From contig JBKBLB010000001.1 of assembly GCA_046296495.1 (NCBI GenBank), positions 69,740 through 133,739 of the forward strand: DNA of 64,000 nt, read 5' to 3'. Shown here one piece after another: positions 39,683 to 50,746 of the stretch. Position 1 is the first letter of the stretch. Each line of letters starts with the position of its first letter. The translations under genes and the position numbers were made by a program. This DNA is from Bacteroidia bacterium. Lineage in GTDB: Bacteria; Bacteroidota; Bacteroidia; UKL13-3. A model generated the notes under the pieces. That model made no database searches, was not told where the DNA came from, and worked only from the letters and a program-made list of their open reading frames with translations.

Positions 39683-41071
39683 ATGAAACAAACCACCATA
39701 AAAAAAACTGTAACCGTTGATGGTGTAGGGCTACATACCGGCAAAATTGTAACTATGACTTTTAATCCTGCTCCCGAAAATCACGGTATTAAATTTCAAA
39801 GGGTTGATTTGCCCGACCAACCTATAATTGATGCTGATGTGGATAATGTTGTAGATATAAGCAGGGGAACAACTTTAGAGCAAAATGGTGCAAGGGTGGC
39901 TACAGTTGAGCATGTAATGGCGGCACTGGCCGGTCTTGAAATTGATAATTGTCTGGTTCAGATTAATGAAGGTGAAACACCCATTATGGATGGTTCATCA
40001 ACCTATTTTATAAAAACACTTAAAGAAGCCGGTATTGCCGAACAAAAAGCCGATAGAGAATACTTTGTTGTGCCTCACAATATTTATTATACCGAGAAAG
40101 ACCGAAATGTGGAAATGATTGCCATGCCTCTTGATGATTACAGGCTTACGGTAATGATTGATTTTAACTCTCCTGTACTTGGCAGTCAACATGCCTCAAT
40201 TACCAGTTTAAAAGAGTTTGAAGACGAAATTAGCAGTTGTCGAACATTTTGCTTTTTACACGAACTTGAATATTTGTACAACAACGGATTGATTAGAGGC
40301 GGAGATTTAAATAATGCTATTGTAATTGTTGACAGAGTGGTTGAAGACCATGAAATTGATCATTTGGCAAAAATGTTTAATAAACCCAAAGTTGAAGTAA
40401 AAAAAGAAGGTATTTTAAACAATGTAGAGTTGCGGTTTCATAACGAACCTGCACGCCACAAATTACTTGATTTAGTTGGCGATTTAGCTTTAATAGGCAC
40501 ACCCATAAAAGCGCAAATAATGGCAGCACGCCCCGGCCATGCAGCAAATGTTGAGTTTGGTAAAAAAATAAAAGCACTTATTAAAAAAACAAGGGCTAAA
40601 GCCAATGTGCCAAAATACGACCCTAACAAAGCGCCATTTTATGATATAAATGCCATAAGTAAAATTTTGCCTCATAAATACCCTTTTTTATTGGTTGACA
40701 AAATTTTAGAAATGGGAAAAAACCATGTAGTCGGGTTAAAAAATGTTACATTAAACGAACCTTTTTTTACAGGTCATTTCCCTAATAACCCCATAATGCC
40801 CGGTGTACTAATTATTGAAGCCATGGCGCAAGCAGGTGGCGTTTTGGCGCTTTCGCAGGTAGAAGACCCTGCAAATTATAATACCTATTTTATGAAAATT
40901 GATAATTGTAAGTTTAAAGAAAAAGTAATTCCGGGAGACACATTAATTTTTAGGCTTGAATTGCTGGCGCCTATAAGACGTGGAGTATGTTACATGAAAG
41001 CTACTTCATTTGTAGGCGATAAGGTGGTTTGTGAAGCAGAATTAATGGCACAAATAAGCAAAAAACAATAA
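39683..41071 (+). CDS. lpxC: Bifunctional LpxC-FabZ
   Basis: GVGLHTG, TVEH and RHKLLDLVGD (LpxC), followed by LPHKYPFLLVD and GHFP..PIMPGVLIIEAMAQ (FabZ). Confidence 0.96.
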   Translation: MKQTTIKKTVTVDGVGLHTGKIVTMTFNPAPENHGIKFQRVDLPDQPIIDADVDNVVDISRGTTLEQNGARVATVEHVMAALAGLEIDNCLVQINEGETPIMDGSSTYFIKTLKEAGIAEQKADREYFVVPHNIYYTEKDRNVEMIAMPLDDYRLTVMIDFNSPVLGSQHASITSLKEFEDEISSCRTFCFLHELEYLYNNGLIRGGDLNNAIVIVDRVVEDHEIDHLAKMFNKPKVEVKKEGILNNVELRFHNEPARHKLLDLVGDLALIGTPIKAQIMAARPGHAANVEFGKKIKALIKKTRAKANVPKYDPNKAPFYDINAISKILPHKYPFLLVDKILEMGKNHVVGLKNVTLNEPFFTGHFPNNPIMPGVLIIEAMAQAGGVLALSQVEDPANYNTYFMKIDNCKFKEKVIPGDTLIFRLELLAPIRRGVCYMKATSFVGDKVVCEAELMAQISKKQ

Positions 41072-41078
41072 TTTTAAA

Positions 41079-41861
41079 ATGATTCAGACATTATCATATA
41101 TAGATCCGCAAGCTAAATTGGCGCCAAATGTAGTGGTTGAACCTTTTTCGGTAATACATAAAGATGTTGAAATTGGCGAAGGAACCTGGATTGGATCTAA
41201 TGTTACCATTTTTCCGGGTGCAAGAATCGGAAAAAATTGCAGAATTTTTCCGGGTGCTGTAATATCTGCAATTCCTCAAGACTTAAAATTTGATGGTGAA
41301 GAAACGCATGTTTTTATTGGCGATAATACTACCATAAGAGAATTTGTAACCATAAACCGAGGTACAAAAGACCGATTTAAGACTCAAGTTGGCAACAATT
41401 GTTTATTAATGGCTTATGTACATTTAGCTCACGATTGTATTATTGGCAATAATGTTATTATTGCCAATTCTGTTCAGGCAGCAGGCCATGTAACCATTGA
41501 AGACAATGCGCGTATTGGTGGATTATGTGCCATACACCAGTTTGTAAAAATTGGCAGGCATGTAATGATTGAAGGCGGTAGCATGATTACCAAAGATGTT
41601 CCTCCATATATAAAAGCAGGCCGTTACCCACTAACTTACGAAGGTATAAATTCTATTGGTTTGCGAAGATTTGGCTACAGTAACGAAAAAATAAATGAGA
41701 TACAGGATGTATATCGCATTTTGTTTGTACATAACCGTAACCTAAGCACTGCGCTTGATAAAGTTGAAGCTGAGTTGCCTCCATCGCCTGAGAGAGATGA
41801 AATATTAATGTTTATTCGCGATAGCAGCCGTGGGGTTTTAAAGGGCTATAACGGCAAATAG
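41079..41861 (+). CDS. lpxA: UDP-GlcNAc O-acyltransferase
   Basis: PQDLKF, IREFVTINRGT, HLAHDC and HQFVKIG. Confidence 0.97.
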   Translation: MIQTLSYIDPQAKLAPNVVVEPFSVIHKDVEIGEGTWIGSNVTIFPGARIGKNCRIFPGAVISAIPQDLKFDGEETHVFIGDNTTIREFVTINRGTKDRFKTQVGNNCLLMAYVHLAHDCIIGNNVIIANSVQAAGHVTIEDNARIGGLCAIHQFVKIGRHVMIEGGSMITKDVPPYIKAGRYPLTYEGINSIGLRRFGYSNEKINEIQDVYRILFVHNRNLSTALDKVEAELPPSPERDEILMFIRDSSRGVLKGYNGK

Positions 41862-41873
41862 CAAATTTAAATT

Positions 41874-42488
41874 TTGAGGGTTGAATTGGTTAACATAGGA
41901 AAGCGGTATAATAAAAATTATGTTTTTAAAAATCTTTCATACGTTTTTGAACCTAATAAAACCTATGCTATTACCGGAAAAAACGGAAGCGGTAAAAGTA
42001 CTTTGCTGCAAATTATATACGGATATTTAACCCATAGCGAAGGCGAAATTTTATATACGTTTAACGGTATAAAAATTAATGAAGGTGAATTATATAAACA
42101 TGTTTCATTTACATCGCCATACCTTGAATTGCCTGAAGATTTTACCTTAGCTGAAATATTAGATTTTCATTTTTCGCTGGTTCAACCAGTAAGCAGTTTT
42201 AATGTTGCCGAAGTGCTAAAGCAATCGAAATTGGCAGGTAGCGAAAACAAATTTATTAAAGCATTTTCATCGGGTATGAAACAAAGGTTAAAGTTAATTT
42301 TAGCCATATATACACAAAGCCCATTGCTATTGCTTGATGAGCCTACATCGAATCTTGATGATGAAGGCATGTTTTGGTATAAACAAACCATTCTTTCAAA
42401 CCACAGCAAACGAACAATTATAATTGCAAGTAATCAGCATTTTGAATATGACTTTTGTGATGATGTAATAAAAATAAGCGATTACTAA
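41874..42488 (+). CDS. ABC transporter ATP-binding protein
   Basis: Walker A GKNGSGKST, signature FSSGMKQR and Walker B LLLDEPT. Confidence 0.92.
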   Translation: MRVELVNIGKRYNKNYVFKNLSYVFEPNKTYAITGKNGSGKSTLLQIIYGYLTHSEGEILYTFNGIKINEGELYKHVSFTSPYLELPEDFTLAEILDFHFSLVQPVSSFNVAEVLKQSKLAGSENKFIKAFSSGMKQRLKLILAIYTQSPLLLLDEPTSNLDDEGMFWYKQTILSNHSKRTIIIASNQHFEYDFCDDVIKISDY

Positions 42489-42489
42489 A

Positions 42490-45400
42490 TTATCTAAGTA
42501 GAGTAATGTTTCCTTTTTTGGTGTAAACAGAATTATCAAAACCGGTATAGTTTATTATGTAAAAATATACATCGCTTGTTGCTTGTTTTTGCTTAAACCA
42601 TCCTTTAAAGTCTTCGTATTTATTATTGGTTTCAAAAATACGCTCACCCCAACGATTATAAATTTGAAGGTTAAAATCTTTAACAAATGCATGAGATGTT
42701 TTATATGTTTCGTTTAATCCATCGCTATTTGGCGTAAAAGCATTTGGCGCATATACAACAGGTGGCTGAACCAACTCAATCGTATTGCTTTGGCTAAAAC
42801 CATTTTTACCACCTGCATTTTCGTACGCAATTACCGTATATTCATAAAGGCCGTTATCGTAGTTTAAGTTATTATCAATTGCACTTAAAACTTTTTCGTT
42901 GTATTGATTAAAAATATTGTTTTTATAATAACCCGGTTCGGTTTTTAATATCTCATATTTTTTTACTCCTGCTTCCCAAAAATCGTAGCTAAGCCAATCT
43001 ATATAGTTTACAAATGGATCTATACTACCTTTTAAAACAATAGAGCAAGTTTTTTTTCCTTGCAAATTTGGCACACCGCAAACATTATAATTTACAATTT
43101 TATAGCAGTATGATGTAGTATTTACTTTAACATTTTCATCGGTAAAACTTGTATCAAATATGTTGGTTATTTCAGTTAATTTGGTAAAACTTTCGTTTCT
43201 ACCTATACTTTTGTAAATTTCGTATTTCCAAAAGCTATCAGCAGGGGCGCTAAACCAATTTATTTGCACAGCTTTATTATCAACAACAGTAGCATTAAAA
43301 AATTGAACATTAAAATTGTTTGGCGCGTTATCGTTTAAACAAACTTTTTTACTGGTATCGCCATAGCGGTCACAAATATCAGTAGTTACCAAGTAGTAGC
43401 AATAGTTGTTGTTTTTTAAATCTCTTGCATCATTATCAGTAATAGTTTTTATATCAAAATCTTTTGTTGTACCTATTAGCCTGTTCTGATTATTGTTGGT
43501 TCTAAAAAGCAACAATCTGTTAGAGTAAGGATTGGATTTTACGCTATCCCAAAAAAGTTGAATGGTATTATCGTCAATAATTCTTGGGCAATACAATTTC
43601 GGAGCCGGGGTTATAGGGAGAGGTTCAACCCAAATTTTTACTTTTTTTGTTTTATACCTTCCAACAGGGCACTGGTTGTTGTTTACGGTAAAATATATAT
43701 AAATAGTATCTTTTTCTACATCGTTGCAGTTCGGTTCAAAATTAAAACTGCATGCAGCAAAATCGTTTCCTAAGAGTTTGTTATAAATAATTCGTTGAGG
43801 ATGTGATGTTGTAACGTTTAAAAATACCGAGTCTTTGTTGTCTTGGTTTTTAAACATGTAAAGTGCATTGAGCCTGTCGAAAGGTTTTACAATGTAAAGT
43901 GTATCATTTATATTGGTAAAGCCCGGGTTATTTATGGTGTCAAATTGTACTACCGAGCAAATGGTACGGCTGCTATCGGAAGGTTTTTTGCAAATATTTA
44001 ATGAAACAATGCGGTAACAATGGTTAACATAATGATGGTTAAAGGCATATATATCGTAATACTTTTTGGTGTTTTTATTGTTTATACTGTCAATCAATTC
44101 AAAGTTGGTGTTGTTTACCTGACGAAAAATAAGGTAGCCGCCAAAGTTATTTGTGGTGTTCTCTTTCCATTGTATTTCAACTTCATTGGTGCCAACAGTT
44201 TTCAGACAATCAGGGTAGGGGGCCGGTTCGGGCAAAGCTATAACTACAATTTTAATGGTAGCTTTGCTGATATTATTGGTTGGGCAACTTTGGTCTTCTA
44301 CTTCAACATCAATAACAATGGTATCTTTGTCAACATCGTTACAATTTGTTTGCCATTCGAGGGTAGCAAGGCTTTCTCCGCTTACTTTTACAGTATCTTT
44401 TACCTTAAAATTTGGATTTTGAGCAAATACAGGACTAAAGAAATAGAAGTTTAAAATATCGTTGTCTTTATCAGTAGTTCTAAAACGATAATTTAGTTTA
44501 TCACCGGCAATTAAAGTTATAATGGTATCTGAAACTTCGGGTGGGTTTAAGTATGCTCTTAAATCAAACTTAAACATGGCCAGGTTGCAGCCACCTTGTA
44601 AAGGATTATTTGGCCTTTTGCCCGGATTGGTTCTGCTATGAGCACCTTGTGTTGTTGGAAAATCGGAATAACCGCCACAACCCGCACAAACGGTTTGGTA
44701 AACAATTCCACGTTTATCAAAATGACTGGTTCCCCCGTCAACATGTTCGTGGCTTGTAGCGCCACCGTAATAAGTGCCGTATAAAACACCTTTAAAATCG
44801 GGCATTAAAACAAGCAAATAAAAATCGCTGCCATCAGTAGTTCTTTGAAATGCATTTGCAGTGGTAGGTAAATTATAAATATTGTTGAGCAAGCCATTGT
44901 AACTCATGTTTACTGCACCACCCCAGCCACTAATGTAAATTCTTCCGCATTCATCAACCAAAAATGCCGAAGGAACCAATTCGGGTTGTGAGCCACCTTG
45001 TCCAAAAACGGTTTGAGCCAAAACGCCATTCAGATTGTTATCGTATTTTATTAAAAATTGTTTGCCATTTGTTTGAGAGAATGTTCCGGGAGTTGGCAAG
45101 TAGTTTCCTGTTGTTTGACCCAAAATAAAAATATTTCCTTGAAAATCGGTTTGTACAAAAAAGTTTTGATCGTAGCCCGAAGTGCCTGTATATATCAATT
45201 TTTGAAAGCTGCCGCTATTACTGTATTTTGCAACAAATCCATCTATACCACCTTTGTAGCCGAAGCCTGTTGCTGCCAGAAGGTTGTTACTGTTGGTACC
45301 TCCGCAAACAATCAGGTTGTTTGCATTATCAATAACAATACTGTAAATGGCATCGTGTAACGAGCCGCCCAGGTATGTGCTAAACTGTAAATTGCTTAAT

Positions 45401-46797
45401 TGAGAATTAAACCTTAAAAGTAATCCATCTTGAAAGCCTCCACCAAATGTTGGCTGAGCTGAATTTACCAATGTTAAGTTTTCTTGTGGCCTGCTTTGTG
45501 TACAGGTTGCAATATATACATTGTTAAATCTATCGGTTAAAATCTCGCCTCTGTAATAATCGGCATAATTGTATGCCAGTGGAAATGCATCGCTATTGTA
45601 TAAACTTGTTGATGCTCCGTTTATTCCATCAATATTACTGCCTCCAAAATAGGTTCCTGCAAGCAGCGTATTTCCTGCATCGTTAAATTTTGAAATAAAA
45701 ATATCTGTTTGTCCACGATTGGTTTTTTGAAAACCATTATCAGAAACAGGAAAATTGGTTGAGTTGGTTGTACCAAAAACCAGCACTTCGTTTAAGTTGT
45801 TTACAATAACACTATGAGGCTGCTCATTGTGGCTGCCACCTAAAAAAGTACACCAAAGCAACTGTTTTCCATCAGGGCTAAACTTTGCCAAAAAAGCATC
45901 GCGGGCAAAATCGCTGCTGCTGTTTCCACCATTGTATGTTACATCAAAAGCCCCCGCAGTAGCAACAAAGTTGCTTGCATAAACTGTACCTGCTCCATAA
46001 GCATTGCCAAGCGAATCAAAAGCACCGGCAAAACCAAAATTATCGGCAGCCGAGCCAATATAGGTGCCAAATACAATGTTAGGGTCAATAATTAACCAAT
46101 GTTTAGGATTGTAATTTTCAACCGAATAGGTAATGATATTTTGGTTCAATACAAACTTGGTTGGCAAAACATACTGAATATTGTTTATAGTTTGAAAACT
46201 TTCGGGTGTTTTTTCTATAATATTTGTAATAGTATTTACAATTTCAAGTTCACCATTGTTGTTTAATATAAGTTTACTGGCACCTTCATATCCTAATTTT
46301 ATTTGGCTAATATCAGCATTAGGTTCAACCCAAAAATTCATTTTTAAACCGCTTTCGTGTGCTATTAATTCAAGGCTAATATTTTTATAGATATGTCTTA
46401 ATTCTATACGGCTGTAAGCTTTTACATTGGTTGCCCATTTTGTTTTGTTGTTGCCAATAAAATAGTTATAATACTCTTTTGCCTGAATATCTTTTATTAC
46501 CTGACGGGGTTTTTGGCTGTTTAAAAAATTAACTTTTATGGCATGTTTTGATATTTTATTTATGCTGTGCCCGTGTTGAAGTAAATGAATGGCTTCTTTA
46601 TCGTGAAACACATAAGTTAATGCCTGATTCTCTATAAATAATGCCCCTGAAGGCAATTCGGCTCTAAATAAAATATTGCTTTCCCATTGGCCTTTGTTTT
46701 CTATAAATTTTATGCCATTAAATGGTTTGCCTGAGCCAAAAACCAATAGTTTCCAACTTGCAAAGCACAAAAGCAAAATATGTTTATATTTTCGCAA
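42490..46797 (-). CDS. T9SS type B (gliding motility-associated C-terminal domain) protein with SBBP-like propeller and FN3-like repeats
   Basis: FIENKGQW N-terminal domain, repeated TY.GGS..D units, C-terminal PNAFTPNSDGLN...IYNRWG...KGNITLLR. Confidence 0.88.
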   Translation of the reverse strand: MRKYKHILLLCFASWKLLVFGSGKPFNGIKFIENKGQWESNILFRAELPSGALFIENQALTYVFHDKEAIHLLQHGHSINKISKHAIKVNFLNSQKPRQVIKDIQAKEYYNYFIGNNKTKWATNVKAYSRIELRHIYKNISLELIAHESGLKMNFWVEPNADISQIKLGYEGASKLILNNNGELEIVNTITNIIEKTPESFQTINNIQYVLPTKFVLNQNIITYSVENYNPKHWLIIDPNIVFGTYIGSAADNFGFAGAFDSLGNAYGAGTVYASNFVATAGAFDVTYNGGNSSSDFARDAFLAKFSPDGKQLLWCTFLGGSHNEQPHSVIVNNLNEVLVFGTTNSTNFPVSDNGFQKTNRGQTDIFISKFNDAGNTLLAGTYFGGSNIDGINGASTSLYNSDAFPLAYNYADYYRGEILTDRFNNVYIATCTQSRPQENLTLVNSAQPTFGGGFQDGLLLRFNSQLSNLQFSTYLGGSLHDAIYSIVIDNANNLIVCGGTNSNNLLAATGFGYKGGIDGFVAKYSNSGSFQKLIYTGTSGYDQNFFVQTDFQGNIFILGQTTGNYLPTPGTFSQTNGKQFLIKYDNNLNGVLAQTVFGQGGSQPELVPSAFLVDECGRIYISGWGGAVNMSYNGLLNNIYNLPTTANAFQRTTDGSDFYLLVLMPDFKGVLYGTYYGGATSHEHVDGGTSHFDKRGIVYQTVCAGCGGYSDFPTTQGAHSRTNPGKRPNNPLQGGCNLAMFKFDLRAYLNPPEVSDTIITLIAGDKLNYRFRTTDKDNDILNFYFFSPVFAQNPNFKVKDTVKVSGESLATLEWQTNCNDVDKDTIVIDVEVEDQSCPTNNISKATIKIVVIALPEPAPYPDCLKTVGTNEVEIQWKENTTNNFGGYLIFRQVNNTNFELIDSINNKNTKKYYDIYAFNHHYVNHCYRIVSLNICKKPSDSSRTICSVVQFDTINNPGFTNINDTLYIVKPFDRLNALYMFKNQDNKDSVFLNVTTSHPQRIIYNKLLGNDFAACSFNFEPNCNDVEKDTIYIYFTVNNNQCPVGRYKTKKVKIWVEPLPITPAPKLYCPRIIDDNTIQLFWDSVKSNPYSNRLLLFRTNNNQNRLIGTTKDFDIKTITDNDARDLKNNNYCYYLVTTDICDRYGDTSKKVCLNDNAPNNFNVQFFNATVVDNKAVQINWFSAPADSFWKYEIYKSIGRNESFTKLTEITNIFDTSFTDENVKVNTTSYCYKIVNYNVCGVPNLQGKKTCSIVLKGSIDPFVNYIDWLSYDFWEAGVKKYEILKTEPGYYKNNIFNQYNEKVLSAIDNNLNYDNGLYEYTVIAYENAGGKNGFSQSNTIELVQPPVVYAPNAFTPNSDGLNETYKTSHAFVKDFNLQIYNRWGERIFETNNKYEDFKGWFKQKQATSDVYFYIINYTGFDNSVYTKKGNITLLR

Positions 46798-46836
46798 GGG
46801 TAAACAATTAAATTGTTGCTAATATAGTTTAATAAA

Positions 46837-47544
46837 ATGAATAACAAAACAAAGCAAAAATTGGTTGTGCTGAGCGGTGCAGGTATAAGCGCTGAAAGTG
46901 GATTGAAAACCTTTAGAGACAGCGATGGATTGTGGGAAGGATACAATGTTTATGAAGTTGCTACTCCCGAGGCCTGGAAAAAAAATCCTGTTTTGGTTCA
47001 GGAATTTTACAATGAGAGGAGAAAAGCCGTATTAAATGCAAAACCTAATGAAGCTCATATTTTATTGGCAAAACTTGAAGATTTTTTTGATGTACACATC
47101 ATTACCCAAAATATTGATGATTTGCACGAAAGAGGCGGAAGTACCAATGTTTTACACCTGCACGGCATTATTACCAAAGCACAAAGCAGTATAAATGCCG
47201 ATTTGTTGTACGATATTGATGGATGGGAACTAAAAATGGGGCAAACCTGCGAATTGGGCAGCCAGCTTAGGCCGCATGTGGTTTGGTTTGGCGAAAGTGT
47301 ACCCAATATTCCGGTAGCTGCTCAAATTGTTAGCAAAGCCGATTTGTTTTTGGTTGTTGGAACCAGTTTACAGGTATATCCGGCAGCAGGCCTGGTAAAT
47401 TATTTCTCAGCCGATAAACCTATGTTTGCCATTGACCCAAAGCCTTTGCCAATACAATATTCCGAACAGTTAACTTTTATACAAAATACTGCCGTTGAAG
47501 GAATGAAAATTTTATTTGATAAATTAATCAATGAATTTATATGA
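46837..47544 (+). CDS. cobB: NAD-dependent protein deacylase (sirtuin, CobB-like)
   Basis: GAGISAESG..TFR, TQNIDDLHER, HLHG, RPHVVWFGE and GTSLQVYPAA. Confidence 0.93.
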   Translation: MNNKTKQKLVVLSGAGISAESGLKTFRDSDGLWEGYNVYEVATPEAWKKNPVLVQEFYNERRKAVLNAKPNEAHILLAKLEDFFDVHIITQNIDDLHERGGSTNVLHLHGIITKAQSSINADLLYDIDGWELKMGQTCELGSQLRPHVVWFGESVPNIPVAAQIVSKADLFLVVGTSLQVYPAAGLVNYFSADKPMFAIDPKPLPIQYSEQLTFIQNTAVEGMKILFDKLINEFI

Positions 47545-48821
47545 TTAAACACCATAAAATTATAGCTGCAATTTTTATTTTTTGTTTTACTTGCATAGGC
47601 TTTAGGGCTGTAAATGTAAGCATATACGATAATTCGCGGGCACGAAACGGAATTTTAGGAGATGGCTTTAGCGATGTTAATGTTATATCAAGTGCCAAGT
47701 ATTTTTTAGACAACGGTTTTTCTAAAACTTACTGGTTGCCTGTACACGATTATTATCCAAAATCTGATGTAAAGCCTGCTGTTTACACCCATTATCCAGC
47801 TTTGCCTAATATATTGGCCGGATTGTATGCAAGATTGTTTAATTCTGTAAACGAACCAACACTTCGAATAGTACCGGTTTTGTTGGCTATGTTATTTTTC
47901 TTTATAATTTATATTGTGTTGAACACCATTTTAAAGGATCAGCAACAAGCACTAATTGGCAGTGCTGTGCTGTGGCTTGGAAATTATTTTATAAACTATG
48001 CCGATAATTTGCACCAGCACTTGTATGGTGAAATGCTGAAATGGGTGTTTTTTTATGTATTGTACCAATATCACACAAAAGGCAGCAAAAGCAATGTATT
48101 GTTGTTAGTTTTGGTTTTTATTATGATACTTGAAGTAAATATTAGTTTTGAACAACCAGTATTTCTTGGAATTTTAACCGTTGGGTTCAGCATAATTTAT
48201 CAAAAAAACATATTTACCAAAACCTCCATTTTGTGTGTCCTGGCAGTTGCATTTGGTTTTTTATTGCACCTTTTTCAAAACGCATTGTACTTTGGTAATT
48301 GGGTTGATGCCATTGATGATTTTGTAAAAGCATACACTTTTAGGGCAACCGGATCCGAAGTAGAAGGATATGTAAAAGAAACAGATTTTACGTTTGCCGA
48401 TTTATGGAAAATACCATTTGAATGGTTTAACCGCATGGAGCGTTTTTATCTGTTGCCTGGCTGGGGTTTACTGGCTATTTTATTACTATCAATATATAGC
48501 TTGAACCGAAAACCCGAACTAAAAAAAATATTGATTGCTGTATTTGTTGCTTCTATATCGTGGAGTTTATTAATGGCGCAACATGCCTATGTTCATGGTT
48601 TTACCAATAAACACTTTAGTATTTTTGTGGGGTTAGCTGCGGGTTTCTCAATACCGGAGTGGATAAAAAAAATTAAAAAAGATTTTAGCAATGGCAAACC
48701 TGTTATGAAGTTATTTCATATAATATTATTGCTTTATATTTCAGTTATGTTTCTTTCTCAACAAGTTTATGAAGTATGGCTAAAATTTTCTATTTTGTAT
48801 CCTCATTTAGGTTATCAGTAA
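47541..48821 (+). CDS. Polytopic membrane protein, probable GT-C fold glycosyltransferase (ArnT/PMT-like)
   Basis: One N-terminal TM helix, a loop with DGFSD and YTHYPALP, then about 10 TM helices; ATGA overlap with cobB. Confidence 0.55.
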   Translation: MIKHHKIIAAIFIFCFTCIGFRAVNVSIYDNSRARNGILGDGFSDVNVISSAKYFLDNGFSKTYWLPVHDYYPKSDVKPAVYTHYPALPNILAGLYARLFNSVNEPTLRIVPVLLAMLFFFIIYIVLNTILKDQQQALIGSAVLWLGNYFINYADNLHQHLYGEMLKWVFFYVLYQYHTKGSKSNVLLLVLVFIMILEVNISFEQPVFLGILTVGFSIIYQKNIFTKTSILCVLAVAFGFLLHLFQNALYFGNWVDAIDDFVKAYTFRATGSEVEGYVKETDFTFADLWKIPFEWFNRMERFYLLPGWGLLAILLLSIYSLNRKPELKKILIAVFVASISWSLLMAQHAYVHGFTNKHFSIFVGLAAGFSIPEWIKKIKKDFSNGKPVMKLFHIILLLYISVMFLSQQVYEVWLKFSILYPHLGYQ

Positions 48822-48913
48822 AATGTAAGGAATTTTAAATTTCTTTTAATTTAAATTTAATTTTAATTGATTGCAAACTTATAAATTTAAATCATCATTA
48901 AAATAATTAAACC

Positions 48914-50584
48914 ATGAGAATTTATTTTATAGTTAGTGTATTGATATTTTCTTTTTTATTAAAATTAAAAGCACAAGAAATTATACCAGAGAATGGCAAT
49001 ACCCTAAATTACACGCAGGTATTATTTGAGTTTCCAAAAGTTGAAGGAGCAACAAATTATGTAGTAGATTTTTTTGAATGTAACAATGTTTTAGAGTGCA
49101 AAAAGTTATATACGCATCAATCAAAAATAAGAAGTTTTATTATTTCAGATAAGTTTGATTTTGGAAAAAATTATAAGTGGAATTACAAAGCCTATAATGG
49201 TAAAAAACTTATAAGTAAATCGCAAGATTATTATTTTACTATTGCAACAAACGAAATTTTAGATACAAACTTATACAAAATTAAGTTTACCAAACCTATC
49301 AAAAACAGGAAAAAAGGCATCATTATTTTAGATGCCATGAAAGTTGGTATAAATATGAAAGGCAAGCCGGTTTATTTTTTAAATTATAACTACAGTTATG
49401 CCGTTAGAGACATAAACCTCACCAATCAAAATTCTATAACAGTTGTTGATAACAGACTCGGAGAAATTAAAGAGCACGATTTAAACGGAAAGATAATTTG
49501 GATTGGACCTTCGAACAGAAACGAAGACGATGAAAAATTAGATCGTTTTCATCATGAACTCGATAAACTGAAAAGCGGGAATTACATTGCAGCGGGCAAG
49601 CGTTCAATACTAAGTTTTGAACCACAAGAAATGGATATTAGCAATATACCGAGTGATGTGAAAAGTGAAACAATTGTAGAATTTGATAAAGATAATAATG
49701 AAGTATGGCGTTTTAACCTTTTGCCTGAACTTAAAAAACAATTCAACATATCTCCCGGAAATACAGTTTTTAATCCATCAAGGCTTGGACATTTAAACGG
49801 TATTGCTGTAGATGAAAAGAAAAATATTGTTTATGCAAGTTTTAAAACTTTTAGTACAGTAATGAAGATTGATAAATCAAACAATACGGTTTTATATAAA
49901 TACGGTAATAAAAATATTAGCTTTAAAGATTCAATGGTTTACAATGCGCCTTTTGAGCAACAACATGCACCTGCATTTTTACCTGACGGTAATTTGGTAA
50001 TTTTTAACAATGGCAACGATTCAACCGGTTCAGGTATTGTTGTTTTAAATACTGCTGACGATGTAAAACCCGAAAACGAAGTTATTGCCAGATATTTGTT
50101 TAAAAATTTTTTAAAGCAAGATTATTATGGCTCACAAATGGGTTCGGTTCAATACTTAAATAATAATTCGTTTCTTGTTTGTATGGGTTCTTCAAACCAT
50201 GTATTTGAGTGCAAACCAAAATCGAAAAAACTTTTGTGGCAACTTTACACTTACCAAAACCGAAATTATAAAATTAGTGCTGAACCAAACTGGAAACCAA
50301 TTACAAATTATCGTGCATATTATTATTCATCATTATTTCAATATCATTTTATTGTTGATATGGTATCTGAAAACGATAAGTTTATTGAAATAATTGTAAA
50401 CAATATCGGTTCGGAAGATGATGTTTACTCAATTAAGCTTAATGAAGACCAAATTATAGATGTAATAAAAATAAAATCAGAAAAAAGCAGTAAAGTGAAA
50501 ATTGATAAAAGCATTATAAAAGCCAATTTAATAAGTGTTAAATCTGTTAATTCAGGATTTGTTAAAGAACTTCAATTTAAATAA
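48914..50584 (+). CDS. Arylsulfotransferase (ASST) family beta-propeller protein, secreted
   Basis: Signal peptide; FHHELDKLKSGNY, GHLNGI, QQHAP..LPDGNLVIFNNG, GSVQ.L and YRAY. Confidence 0.75.
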   Translation: MRIYFIVSVLIFSFLLKLKAQEIIPENGNTLNYTQVLFEFPKVEGATNYVVDFFECNNVLECKKLYTHQSKIRSFIISDKFDFGKNYKWNYKAYNGKKLISKSQDYYFTIATNEILDTNLYKIKFTKPIKNRKKGIIILDAMKVGINMKGKPVYFLNYNYSYAVRDINLTNQNSITVVDNRLGEIKEHDLNGKIIWIGPSNRNEDDEKLDRFHHELDKLKSGNYIAAGKRSILSFEPQEMDISNIPSDVKSETIVEFDKDNNEVWRFNLLPELKKQFNISPGNTVFNPSRLGHLNGIAVDEKKNIVYASFKTFSTVMKIDKSNNTVLYKYGNKNISFKDSMVYNAPFEQQHAPAFLPDGNLVIFNNGNDSTGSGIVVLNTADDVKPENEVIARYLFKNFLKQDYYGSQMGSVQYLNNNSFLVCMGSSNHVFECKPKSKKLLWQLYTYQNRNYKISAEPNWKPITNYRAYYYSSLFQYHFIVDMVSENDKFIEIIVNNIGSEDDVYSIKLNEDQIIDVIKIKSEKSSKVKIDKSIIKANLISVKSVNSGFVKELQFK

Positions 50585-50746
50585 TTGTAAGAATAGTGTA
50601 AATTCTTTAATATAATTAGATGTTATAAAATATCTTAAAATCAAGCATTTGTGAAAAAGCAATTGCAGATAATTTTTTAATTGTTTTAAATATTGCAACT
50701 AATATATTAAAATCACAATCTCAAAATTTAATAAAAATTAAACTAT

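Noticed and set aside
39683-41071. LpxC-FabZ fusion as a novelty
   Set aside because: This fusion is standard in Bacteroidota.
46837-47544. SIR2-type antiphage defence protein
   Set aside because: The sequence is a canonical CobB-type deacylase with no defence partner genes nearby.
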